64,000 bases of DNA from the NCBI GenBank assembly GCA_963754875.1, contig CAVWHO010000018.1, positions 1 through 64,000 of the forward strand. Direction: 5' to 3'. A program made the position numbers and the translations under genes. Below the pieces are notes generated by a model that saw only the letters and a list, made by a program, of their open reading frames with translations, did no database searches and was not told where the DNA came from. Source of the DNA: Nitrospirota bacterium (GTDB lineage: Bacteria; Nitrospirota; UBA9217). Below are positions 1 through 9,614 of the stretch, one piece after another; positions within the stretch are counted from its first letter, which is position 1, and the number at the start of each line of letters is the position of its first letter.

Positions 1-44
1 CGAAGTCGGCTGCGGGACACACTAAATTGACCAGGAGACCATGA

Positions 45-1076
45 ATGTCCAGAGCAGACAGATTCGTTAAAGCATGCAGGCGAGAACCGGTGGATTGTAC
101 TCCCGTTTGGATGATGCGCCAGGCAGGGCGATATCTGCCGGAATACCGCGATATCCGCGCAAAGCACACTTTCCTCGAGATGTGCAAGACGCCCGAGATC
201 GCTGCTGAGGTGACGGTCCAGCCCGTGCGGCGGTACGAAATCGACGCTGGGATCATTTTCGCCGACATTCTCCTGCCGCTCGAGCCCATGGGCATCGGCC
301 TCGAATTTGCCAAGGGCGAGGGACCGGTGATCCACAATCCCGTCCGCACCATGGCGGACGTGCAGAAGCTAAAGCCCATCGATGCGGCCGGCCAGATCGG
401 GTATCTCATGAAGGCTATAAAAATCGCTCTGAAGGAACTGGACGGGAAAGTGCCGCTCATCGGCTTCTCCGGCGCGCCGTTTACGCTGGCGAGCTATATT
501 ATCGAAGGCGGCGGTTCGCGAAACTACGAACACGCTAAGGCCATGATGTTCGCCGAGCCGCAAGCCTGGCACAAGCTCATGGAGCACCTTACCGGTGTCA
601 TCATCAACTACCTCAATGCCCAGATCGACGCCGGCGTGCAGGTCGTCCAGCTCTTTGATTCCTGGGTGGGCGCCCTCGGGCCGAGCGACTACCGTGAGTT
701 CGTGCTGCCGCACCAGAAAAACGTGATCGCAGGCATCAAGAAGTCGGTCCCGCTCATTCACTTCGCCCATGGAGCGACCCATCTTCTGGAAATGGTGTCC
801 GAGGCAGGCGGTGACGTGATCGGTCTCGATTGGCGCTGTGACCTGGATACGGCTTGGCAGCGCGTCGGGTTTGACAAGGCCGTCCAGGGCAACCTTGACC
901 CCGTCGCGCTCTTCGGCTCCAAGGAGTTCATCCGCAAACGGACGAAGGAGATCCTCGACCGTGCAGGTGGAAGGAACGGCCACATCATGAACCTGGGCCA
1001 CGGCATCCTGCAGCAAACGCCGCTCGAGAACGCGGCCGAGTTCATCAATGCGACCCATGAAATGAGTCAACGGTAA
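45..1076 (+). CDS. hemE: Uroporphyrinogen decarboxylase
   Basis: PVWMMRQAGRYLPEY, GFSGAPFTLASY, QLFDSW and NLGHG motifs; AGGAG RBS. Confidence 0.97.
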   Translation: MSRADRFVKACRREPVDCTPVWMMRQAGRYLPEYRDIRAKHTFLEMCKTPEIAAEVTVQPVRRYEIDAGIIFADILLPLEPMGIGLEFAKGEGPVIHNPVRTMADVQKLKPIDAAGQIGYLMKAIKIALKELDGKVPLIGFSGAPFTLASYIIEGGGSRNYEHAKAMMFAEPQAWHKLMEHLTGVIINYLNAQIDAGVQVVQLFDSWVGALGPSDYREFVLPHQKNVIAGIKKSVPLIHFAHGATHLLEMVSEAGGDVIGLDWRCDLDTAWQRVGFDKAVQGNLDPVALFGSKEFIRKRTKEILDRAGGRNGHIMNLGHGILQQTPLENAAEFINATHEMSQR

Positions 1077-1102
1077 AACTTTCCATAGTGAATTGCAACC
1101 AT

Positions 1103-2315
1103 CTAGTGTAGTGTCTCTCAATTAACTGGTGTTATGTCATGATTTGTGATAGGATGCTGTTCATGGCACGACACGCTTTAACCATAAACCTTACTGAGTC
1201 TGATCGACAAGAACTAGAGCAATGGGTGCGGGCTCATCGCACCCCGCAACAAGTTGCTCAACGGTGTCGAATTATTCTAGCCGCTGCGAATGGCCAACAA
1301 GACAAGGCCATCGCAAAGCAAATGCAAATCAATTATAAAACGGCTGCATTATGGAGGCAGCGGTTCTGTAGTGAAGGTCCGGACTGCCTTTGGGAAGTTG
1401 CGGCAGGTCGCGGACGTAAACCAGAGTTAACGGCAACCAAAATTAATAAAATAATTAATGCCACACTGCAAACGAAGCCTGCTGGAGCCACCCATTGGAG
1501 TTGCCGAACGATGGCTGAACAGCAGGGCGTGAGCAAAGCAACGATCAATAGGATCTGGCAAAGTCATCATATTCAGCCGCACAGAACCACGGGATTTAAG
1601 TTGTCACGCGATCCACGGTTCTTGGAAAAGCTTACCGATGTCGTCGGGCTCTATCTCAATCCTCCAGAAAAAGCATTAGTGCTGTGTGTGGATGAGAAAA
1701 GCCAGATTCAAGCGTTAGATCGTACACAACCGGGACTTCCTTTAAAAAAAGGGCGTTGCGGTACCATGACTCATGACTATAAGCGTAACGGCACGACAAC
1801 CCTTTTTGCTGCGCTCGAATTGGCGCAAGGTAAAGTGATCGGTCAATGTTATGCTCGGCATCGCCATCAGGAATTTCTCAAGTTTTTAAAGCAACTGGAT
1901 GCTGAATTCCCGGTCGAAAAGCAGCTGCACATAGTGATGGATAACTATGGCACGCATAAGCACCCCAAAGTCCAGAGATGGTTAACACGGCATCCACGTT
2001 TTGTTTCCCACTTCGTCCCGACCAGTTCAAGCTGGTTGAACCTTGTTGAGCGTTGGTTCGGAGAACTGACGGGAAAACGAATACGTCGCGGAGTCTTTGT
2101 CAGCGTGGACGCGCTCAAGAGCGCTATCGAAGAGTATTTGGCTGCTTGGAACAAAGACCCAAAACCGTTTGTATGGACCGCAACCGTTGAATCGATCGTT
2201 AAGAAACTTGGACGCTGCAAACAAACATTGGAGAAAATTCAGCCAGGCTGCACATTACCTCGCTCTCGCAAGAAAAAGGCTGATAACACCAGTCGTTTGT
2301 GAGACACTACACTAG
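1103..2315 (+). mobile_element. IS630-family insertion sequence, complete
   Basis: 33-nt imperfect terminal inverted repeats (ctagtgtagtgtctctcaattaactggtgttat 1103-1135; ataacaccagtcgtttgtgagacactacactag 2283-2315); CTAG context with TA at both ends; lower GC than flanks. Confidence 0.95.
1163..2302 (+). CDS. IS630-family transposase
   Basis: N-terminal HTH, THWS, VDEKSQIQAL, HDYKRNGT, MDNYGTHK and SWLNLVERWF DDE motifs; start could be 1139. Confidence 0.95.
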   Translation: MARHALTINLTESDRQELEQWVRAHRTPQQVAQRCRIILAAANGQQDKAIAKQMQINYKTAALWRQRFCSEGPDCLWEVAAGRGRKPELTATKINKIINATLQTKPAGATHWSCRTMAEQQGVSKATINRIWQSHHIQPHRTTGFKLSRDPRFLEKLTDVVGLYLNPPEKALVLCVDEKSQIQALDRTQPGLPLKKGRCGTMTHDYKRNGTTTLFAALELAQGKVIGQCYARHRHQEFLKFLKQLDAEFPVEKQLHIVMDNYGTHKHPKVQRWLTRHPRFVSHFVPTSSSWLNLVERWFGELTGKRIRRGVFVSVDALKSAIEEYLAAWNKDPKPFVWTATVESIVKKLGRCKQTLEKIQPGCTLPRSRKKKADNTSRL

Positions 2316-2384
2316 CAGTTTCGAATTTCAACATTGATGCTCGAGTTTTCCCGCCATTTATTTTGAGATTTGGAGTTCCCTCTC

Positions 2385-3278
2385 ATGCCTCATACCGCGG
2401 TCATACTCATCGCCCTCGGAGGCCCAAGCCACCTCGACGAAGTGGGGCCGTTCATGACCGCTTTCATGGGCCGTCCTGCTCCACCGCCGGTTGTCGTCGC
2501 GGTGATCGAACGTTATAAACTTATCGGCGGTAAATCGCCTCTTCCCGAGCTGGTAAAGGCTCAGGCCAAAGCACTCGAAAAGGAGCTCGGCAGCAGGTTT
2601 CGCGTCTACGCGGGGTTCAGATACTCACCGCCGACCATTACGGAATCCTACGAAAAGGCGGTTCGCGACGGCGCAACCCGCGTGATCGGACTCTCGCTGT
2701 CGCCCTTCGAGACGGAGGTCACGACAGGGACCTACCGGTCGGCTTTCGAGCCGCTCGGAGACGGCACGATAAGGAAGACCTTCATTCCTAGCTGGCATGA
2801 CAACGCCCGGTTCCTCGACGCATGGGAAGAACGTGTGTTCGACGGCCTGAAGCGGTTCCGCCCGGGACAGCGAAAATTCGCCGTCGTGATATTTACAAGC
2901 CACAGCATCCCTGCACGGTACATTGCCGCCGGCGACCCCTATCAGCGGCAAATCGAAGAGACCGTCAAACTTCTGGTCGGGCGGCTCAATATACCGTTGT
3001 GGCGAATGGCCTGGCAGAGCAAAGGTACGCGTGCAACAGAACCGTGGCTCGAGCCTGAAGTGGAACCCACGCTGGACAGGATCAGGCAGGAGGGTTATGA
3101 AACGGTGCTTGAAGTCCCTGTCGGCTTCACCTGCGATAACATGGAAACACTCTACGACATAGACATCGTCCACCGCGCACACGCGAAGAAGCTGGGGATC
3201 GAGTTCGAACGGGCGGAATCTCTGAACACGTCCAAACTCTTCATCAAGGCGTTGGTGGACGTAGTGAAAAAAGTTTAG
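2385..3278 (+). CDS. hemH: Ferrochelatase (probably coproporphyrin type)
   Basis: IGGKSPL, FTSHSIP, GDPY, WQS...PWLEP and ETLYDID motifs; hemE-hemH-hemY context. Confidence 0.92.
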   Translation: MPHTAVILIALGGPSHLDEVGPFMTAFMGRPAPPPVVVAVIERYKLIGGKSPLPELVKAQAKALEKELGSRFRVYAGFRYSPPTITESYEKAVRDGATRVIGLSLSPFETEVTTGTYRSAFEPLGDGTIRKTFIPSWHDNARFLDAWEERVFDGLKRFRPGQRKFAVVIFTSHSIPARYIAAGDPYQRQIEETVKLLVGRLNIPLWRMAWQSKGTRATEPWLEPEVEPTLDRIRQEGYETVLEVPVGFTCDNMETLYDIDIVHRAHAKKLGIEFERAESLNTSKLFIKALVDVVKKV

Positions 3279-3459
3279 GGGCGTCGCAGTAAAGAAAACG
3301 CGACGTTGCAAATTCAATAGCGCTGCTACGATACTGTCGCCCCTTGGTGAATATTTGTAAAAAAACTCGCTGAAAGTCGCGACTCTGCGATTGCAGGCTA
3401 TATATAATTGTAATGTGAGTGGTCATCTGCGCAAATCTGCGTCCAAAGGATTTTAATCT

Positions 3460-4884
3460 ATGTCCAAAATCATTATCATAGGCGGCGGAATCGCCGGGCT
3501 GGCTGCCGCCGTTCATCTCAAGACGGGGGCCAAGGCCCACGACAAGACCGTCGACGTGCTGCTACTCGAGAAGAACAGCCGCATCGGCGGCAAAATCCTG
3601 ACGGAAAAACATGGCAAATTCCTCATCGAGGGGGGGCCGGACAGTTTTCTTCCGGAAAAAGTCTGGAGCGTGAATCTTGCAAAACACCTCGGGCTCGAAC
3701 CCGAGATGCTGCCCTCGAACGACCAGTTCAAGGGCACGTTCATCTATTCAGACAAAGAGCTCCATTCGCTGCCCGAGGGCGTGATGCTCATGGTGCCCAC
3801 TTCGTTCTGGCCCATGGCGAAGTCCCACCTCATCAGCTGGCCCGGCAAAATCCGGATGGGCATGGAAGTGTTCGTGCCGAAGCGCAGATTCAGGGAGGAC
3901 GAAAGCCTGGCTTCGTTTGTCACACGCAGGCTCGGGCGCGAGTGTCTGGAAAAAATCGCCGAGCCGCTCGTTGCCGGCATCCATACTTCGAACCCGGACA
4001 ATATGAGCGTTCTGGCAACGTTTCCGCGCTTCGTCCAGATGGAACAGAAGAGCGGCAGCCTGATCCTCGGCATGCTCTCTGCGCTGAAGAACCGTCCCCA
4101 CGCGACCTTAAGCGGTCCGCCGCCCAAGCCCGGCCAGCCCCGGATGACCTACTTCATGAGCTTCAAAAACGGCATGCAGACCCTGTCACAGGCCTGCGCC
4201 GATTATATCGGTAATAACTCGATCCGCTTCAACTCCCCGGTCAAAGCCGTCGAGCCGAAGGGCAGAGGCTATTCCGTGGTGCTCGAAAGCGGCGAGACCC
4301 TGGGAGCCGACCACGTCATGATCGCCTCGGCAGCCTATGATGCTGCCAATATGGTAAAAGGGTTCGATGAAAGTCTTGCAACGCAGATGAACAAGATCGA
4401 GTGGTCGTCCTCCTCCACCGTCACCATCGTTTTCCGGAAGAACGACGTCAGGGTCCCGCTCAAGGGCTTCGGCTTCATCGTCCCCCGCGTCGAGGGCAGG
4501 AGAGTAAACGCGGCGACCTACAGCTCCCTCAAGTGGTCCTACCGCGCGCCCGATGACACGATCATGGTCCGCGTCTTTGTCGGCGGCGGTCATCACGAGG
4601 AGCTCGTGACGGAACTAGATGATGCGGGCATGGTAAAGACGGTGCTCGAGGAGCTCGACACGATCCTCGGTTTGAAGGCTGACCCACAGTTTTCCAAAGT
4701 GTACCGATGGTACAAAGGCATGCCGAAATACACCGTGGGCCACCTGGACCGGATCGCCGTCCTCGACCGGATGCTCTCGCTCCACCCAGGACTGCACGTG
4801 ATCGGCTGCTCGTACAAGGGCATCGGCATCGGCGACTGTATACATGAGGCGCAGATCGCTGCAGAAAAAATATTGAAGAGTTAG
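3460..4884 (+). CDS. hemY: Proto/coproporphyrinogen oxidase, HemY type
   Basis: GGGIAGLAAA FAD-binding motif, EGGPDSF, GFGFIVP and GIGIGDC. Confidence 0.93.
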   Translation: MSKIIIIGGGIAGLAAAVHLKTGAKAHDKTVDVLLLEKNSRIGGKILTEKHGKFLIEGGPDSFLPEKVWSVNLAKHLGLEPEMLPSNDQFKGTFIYSDKELHSLPEGVMLMVPTSFWPMAKSHLISWPGKIRMGMEVFVPKRRFREDESLASFVTRRLGRECLEKIAEPLVAGIHTSNPDNMSVLATFPRFVQMEQKSGSLILGMLSALKNRPHATLSGPPPKPGQPRMTYFMSFKNGMQTLSQACADYIGNNSIRFNSPVKAVEPKGRGYSVVLESGETLGADHVMIASAAYDAANMVKGFDESLATQMNKIEWSSSSTVTIVFRKNDVRVPLKGFGFIVPRVEGRRVNAATYSSLKWSYRAPDDTIMVRVFVGGGHHEELVTELDDAGMVKTVLEELDTILGLKADPQFSKVYRWYKGMPKYTVGHLDRIAVLDRMLSLHPGLHVIGCSYKGIGIGDCIHEAQIAAEKILKS

Positions 4885-5036
4885 AAGAATCGGTCTGGAC
4901 TGTAGAGACATGTGCAGGATCCCCTATGCACGGGTCACAACTCCGGGAAAGACTTGTCAAAGGCTCTTTTTTTGTTTAAGCTCTGTCAATCGCAGTCTGA
5001 ATTTTTTCCCAAGATCAGGCAGTGTAAAAAAACCTA

Positions 5037-6002
5037 TCACTTTCCGGCCGTGATGTTCTTGTAACATGCTGCCCCGCGAACATTCTCAAGGTCTGAATCT
5101 TTTTTCATGTGTTCCCACCTGTTGTATCCTTTCACAACGGCTTTTTGCAGCCAGGAGCATGACTCTTCTGCATTTTTTCTCAGGGAATAGAGACACGCCA
5201 TGTTGTAATATGCCGAAGCGTTGTTCGGGTTCAATTCAATGGCCTTGTGGTAATCTTCACTGGCCAGATCATACTCACCTTTTGCCTGGTACGCGGCGCC
5301 ACGGTTGCTGTATCCTTGACCATTACCCGGATTCAAAGTAATGGCCGTGCTGAGATCGGCAATGGCCGGATCCGTCTTTTTCTGGATCATATAAACAGCC
5401 GCCCGGTTGTTGTATGCTTCACTATTACCCGGATTCAGCTCAATGGTCTTGGTGAAATCAGCAACGGCTTGGTCGTACCGTCCTTCCGACATATAAACAT
5501 TCCCTCGATTGAAATATGCATGGTCCACGGCAGGGTTCAGTTCAATGACCTTGCTGTAATCAGCAACGGCCTCGTCGAGCTTGCCGGCGGCCTCATGGAC
5601 CTGGCCCCGGTTGAAGTAGGCATGAACATTTTTGGGATTCAGATCGATCGCCTTGTTGAAATCGGTTGCGGCTCGATCCGTCATGCCTTTTAACAAATAG
5701 GTATACCCACGCTCGTTGTAGGCTTTATCATTTTTCGGGTCCTTCTCGATCGCCCGGTTGAAATCATCAATGGCCTCGTCAAGCTGCCCCTTGAGCTGGT
5801 AGGCAATCCCTCGGTATAAGTATGAGCGGGCGCTGTTTTTCGTTGTAGCGCGTGCATTGATCTGTTTTGAGCACTCCCGAATGATTTCATCGGGTTTGCC
5901 CACTGCAGCATACTCTGCGCACAGATCTATCTGCGCAAAGACATGAGATGTCACTAATAAGCTCAGGATGAACACAGCTGATGCCAACAGCCATTGTTTC
6001 AT
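5037..6002 (-). CDS. Secreted tetratricopeptide-repeat protein
   Basis: Signal peptide (VFA/Q), about seven AYxNRG...AIxLNP TPR units, C-terminal YYNMACLYS...DSDL. Confidence 0.92.
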   Translation of the reverse strand: MKQWLLASAVFILSLLVTSHVFAQIDLCAEYAAVGKPDEIIRECSKQINARATTKNSARSYLYRGIAYQLKGQLDEAIDDFNRAIEKDPKNDKAYNERGYTYLLKGMTDRAATDFNKAIDLNPKNVHAYFNRGQVHEAAGKLDEAVADYSKVIELNPAVDHAYFNRGNVYMSEGRYDQAVADFTKTIELNPGNSEAYNNRAAVYMIQKKTDPAIADLSTAITLNPGNGQGYSNRGAAYQAKGEYDLASEDYHKAIELNPNNASAYYNMACLYSLRKNAEESCSWLQKAVVKGYNRWEHMKKDSDLENVRGAACYKNITAGK

Positions 6003-6336
6003 TTTATTCTCCTTTTAGGAATCTCCGAATGATAGGATCGCGTAGAACGAACAGACCGTTGCTCGATCATTATTATGCAATGCAACTTTTTGTATTATAG
6101 CATAATGAAAATACATTGATCAATGGGCCAGATCCTTACGGAGCGTTTGAGGGTGCCGCGAACCCTGATGGCATGCCTGCTTCACAAGTGTCGGCAGATG
6201 ATTCGCCGCGTCTTGACACCTATCGGCACACGGATTACGCCCCGCCTGAGAAGATGCATGCGGAACTGTCCGACCTGAGCGTGGTCCCGGTAAAGAAGTT
6301 AAAAATAAGTTCGTCATGTCCGCCTCGCCCTCATGA

Positions 6337-6780
6337 TCATCGTCCGTGTCCGGTGAAGAGGAGGACAAACTTCTCGAACATATCCTGATGGAAATGGTCC
6401 ATTAGCTGTTCTTTCATAAGCTTGAGCGCGCTGAAGGTATCCAGCTTCTTTTGGTAAGACCGCTCGGACGTGAGCGCATCATAGACGTCGGCAATCTAAC
6501 AGATGCGGCCGTAGGCGTGGATCTCGTCTCCCTTGAGCCTCTGCGGATAGCCTGATCCATCCTGTTGTTCATGATGTTGGACAACGATGATCTTGCACTC
6601 TTCAGTCAGCTGATTCGTTTCCGAGAGGATCGTGTAGCCATGGTCAGGATGGGTCCGCGTGACTGCCATTTCCGCATCGGTCAGTTTGCCCCGCTTGTTG
6701 ATTATATCAGGGGCGATACGGACCTTGCCGATATCGTGGAGGAAAAAACCTGCGCCCAGTTCGTGAAGATCATGGGCATC
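6337..6780 (-). pseudogene. HD-GYP phosphodiesterase, C-terminal remnant
   Basis: FLHDIGK, HHEQQDGSGYP and IADVYDALTS...SY in one frame across a TAG at 6496-6498; 5' part absent. Confidence 0.85.
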
Positions 6781-6960
6781 GACGAGGAAAGGTTTCTCGA
6801 CACCGCCCTGCTCGAATCGATCGAGCAGAGAGGCGCGCCCGGCAGGATCGCTTTCGAGAACCCCGATGCCGTCATCGTGATCGAGACAGTCGGCACGTCT
6901 CGGCTGTCCTTCTGGACCCGCGAGGAGTTGGAAAAGTATCCTTTCATGCGGGTGTCGTAA
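6781..6960 (+). pseudogene. C-terminal fragment of a conserved hypothetical (THUMP-like) protein
   Basis: EERFLD...GRIAFENPDAVIVIETVG...WTREELEKYPF resembles THUMP-like C-termini from memory; no own start codon. Confidence 0.5.
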
Positions 6961-7228
6961 GCGGCAGATCGGCAAGAGGGAATGCCATTCTGAGGAATTC
7001 AATTCCCTCGTGCGCAAACTGATGGATGCAGCGGGTCCGCTGATCGCAGCCATTGCACAAAAGGGCGTCAGATTTGTCGCGGATGTAAAGATGAGAGGAG
7101 ACATTGTCCTTTTTGAAATGACACAGGACAACCGTGACGTCCTCGTCCGGGAGCTCGTTGAGTGCGTGAAGAGGATGTGGGAGCTCCTCTCATCGGGAGC
7201 ACTTGCATGCCGCGCCTCTTCAAGTTTA

Positions 7229-8353
7229 TCACGCGGCTTTCTGCATGCCGCAGAGATTTTTCCCGATCTCCAGCTCCTTCTGCTTCGCCTCATCCGCCGG
7301 GAGTACGCCGAGGTTCACCTTGCGGATGTCCTGGTAACGTGAGGGGTTTTCCGGGAGGCTTGCGCGGACCCGGGCCAGGAAGTCCGGCAAGTTATGCAGT
7401 TGATAGAGGTCGCTCCCCTTCCTCGCCTGCCCGAGAGTGAGCTTCACCGCCCCGTCCTTGTCTTGCTCGCGGATACTGGCGGAATGGGAGGGAAGGACAA
7501 TGATGTCGCTCTCCAGCCGCGCGTAGCGCTTGAACAGGGTGTCGTAGAGTTGTCCGGCCCACTGCTCGCCCATCCCGCCGAGATCGGGTCGGCCGATGCT
7601 TTCCTTCATGATGATGTCCCCGGTGAAGAGCAGTGTCCCGTCCATGAGGAACGACGTGCTTCCGGGCGTGTGCCCCGGCGAGTGGACAACCTCGATGACA
7701 CACGATCCAAAGGAGATGCGGCCCCCTTCAGCGAGCGGTGTGAATGCATAAGACGCTCCCTGTACATCCAGGGGATGAACGTGATAGGATGCCCCGGTCA
7801 GCCGGGCGATTTCCCTGCCTCCGGAGATGTGGTCGGCGTGAAGGTGCGTGTCGAGAACGTGGACAATCTTTACCTCCAGACGTTCGGCAATATCGAGAAC
7901 AGCCCTGGTATGTCGTGGGGCGTCGATCGCCACAGCGTATCCTCCTGAGACCGCAAGATAGGAGATGCACCCCTTTGCCACACGGTAGATCTGGTGCACC
8001 TCAGGTTTAGTTGAAACAAGTTGGTGTTCGTAATATTCGCTCCAGCGGTCCATTCCGCCTTCGAGGGCAACGGCGTCGAAACCGTGCTGCCGCAGCAGGT
8101 CGGCGGAATATCGCGCGGCATCGCCATGGGCGCAGAAGATCACGATCGGACGTCCTTTCGGAAATTGCGCAAAGTGCCGCTCCTCCTCTCCTACAAAATC
8201 CTCCTGCGGGATGTTCACCGTCTCGATCTCCGTTCTTCCTTCGACACGCCAGTCCTTGAACTCGTCGCGGTTTCTCAGGTCCAACAGGAAAGACACATCG
8301 CTTGCATCAAGACGCTTTTTAAATTCTTCAACAGTCAATATTCTTTCGGTCAT
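7229..8353 (-). CDS. Rhodanese + MBL-fold hydrolase (persulfide dioxygenase-like fusion)
   Basis: Rhodanese CAHG...LEGGM followed by THLHADH, PGHTPGS, FTGD and GRPDL. Confidence 0.92.
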   Translation of the reverse strand: MTERILTVEEFKKRLDASDVSFLLDLRNRDEFKDWRVEGRTEIETVNIPQEDFVGEEERHFAQFPKGRPIVIFCAHGDAARYSADLLRQHGFDAVALEGGMDRWSEYYEHQLVSTKPEVHQIYRVAKGCISYLAVSGGYAVAIDAPRHTRAVLDIAERLEVKIVHVLDTHLHADHISGGREIARLTGASYHVHPLDVQGASYAFTPLAEGGRISFGSCVIEVVHSPGHTPGSTSFLMDGTLLFTGDIIMKESIGRPDLGGMGEQWAGQLYDTLFKRYARLESDIIVLPSHSASIREQDKDGAVKLTLGQARKGSDLYQLHNLPDFLARVRASLPENPSRYQDIRKVNLGVLPADEAKQKELEIGKNLCGMQKAA

Positions 8354-8763
8354 ACGCTGCTCCTTTGTCCTTCGGCGCGGAAGGTCCGTGCCGATGTTGT
8401 AATTATTGCTTCAAGTATAGCACGGCGGTTTAACGAAGCAAGGGCTCAAAAAAAAGTGCTGGCCTTGTCGCCTCCGGACGCAAAATTGTTTTTTAGGATA
8501 ACGAGAGCATTCCTCGGATTATCAGTCGATTGTCGCGGGCAGGTAGATTCCGTCGTATGCAGCACGGGGGATTGCGGGTGCATAAGCTTACGCAGAAAAC
8601 TTGATGAAAGTGAGAGAGGGGTTGTCCAACAATTTTTATAAGATTGAAATCAGGACAATACCGGCGAACCTATTGTCGCTCCGGCGTCGGCCGTGAGATG
8701 CTGGATGCCTCCGAAGCAACTGTACAAATATTCTCTTCCCGCACAGAAAATATGCAAGCCTGC

Positions 8764-9465
8764 CTATGAACCGGCAGGCCGCTCCTTCATAGACGTCTTG
8801 ACGATATAATCGACAAGCAGCTGCTTGGCATCGGGTGTGATGTCCGTAAACATCAGTCCGAATTGATGGTCTTCATCTCCGGGAACTGCCGCGGCGGCTC
8901 TGATGATCTTACCTGAAACCTGTATCTTCTTTGCATTGGGAAGGTAGAATGAGCAGGTCAGCCTGGCCCCTTCGGTGAGCTGCTTATTTGTTTCGAGCAG
9001 CATTCCCGTAGCACTGACGTTCACGGTCCGGCAGAAGAACGATTCCTCATCGGAAAGGCTGTCGACACTGGCGCTCAGGAGCACGCGGAGCGTTTCCCTC
9101 CCGGCAATTTCGAGGAGTTGCTGCGCTTTTACCATGAGAACGACGGGATGCACCGGATCGAGCAGCACGGCGTTCGCCCTGCACCGACCGGCTTGTTCGA
9201 TTGCTTCCGGCGTGTTCGCACAGACTACGATCATTGAAGCCGCGCGCATATTGGTATCATCCCTGATCAGGGAGCAGAAACGTTCACCGGCCATGCCGGG
9301 CATGCCGAGCCGAGTAATAATGAGATCCACCAGCTCGGCTTGGTGAATTCTTAACGCTTCATCATTCGTTTTTGCAATGAACACCTTGAAGTCCGTCCGG
9401 TCTAAAAAGGTGTTATGTTGCTCCAATAACTCGTGGATATCATGGGCGATCAATATTTTTTTCAT
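8764..9465 (-). CDS. Atypical receiver domain + PilZ domain protein
   Basis: Degenerate REC N-terminus; RETLR and NVSATG PilZ motifs. Confidence 0.8.
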   Translation of the reverse strand: MKKILIAHDIHELLEQHNTFLDRTDFKVFIAKTNDEALRIHQAELVDLIITRLGMPGMAGERFCSLIRDDTNMRAASMIVVCANTPEAIEQAGRCRANAVLLDPVHPVVLMVKAQQLLEIAGRETLRVLLSASVDSLSDEESFFCRTVNVSATGMLLETNKQLTEGARLTCSFYLPNAKKIQVSGKIIRAAAAVPGDEDHQFGLMFTDITPDAKQLLVDYIVKTSMKERPAGS

Positions 9466-9614
9466 TTATCCCTCACAATTAACGACAAGTCTGGGGCACA
9501 CAACAGGAATGATGACTAGACAGTACTACAACTTTATCGCATTTGCAAGAGGACTGCAAAAAACAGTTCAACAAACTCGGCTCCGGGTCACCGGGTCAAA
9601 CTAACGTTGATTAT

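Noticed and set aside
6496..6498. In-frame TAG in HD-GYP as pyrrolysine or stop-codon recoding
   Set aside because: The gene is already 5'-truncated, TAG is used as a normal stop elsewhere (e.g. groEL, pgk, tpiA), and no pyl genes are visible
7010..7228. Small gene or remnant between the scar and the MBL gene
   Set aside because: No recognisable motif or RBS, and the ORF runs antisense into the next gene
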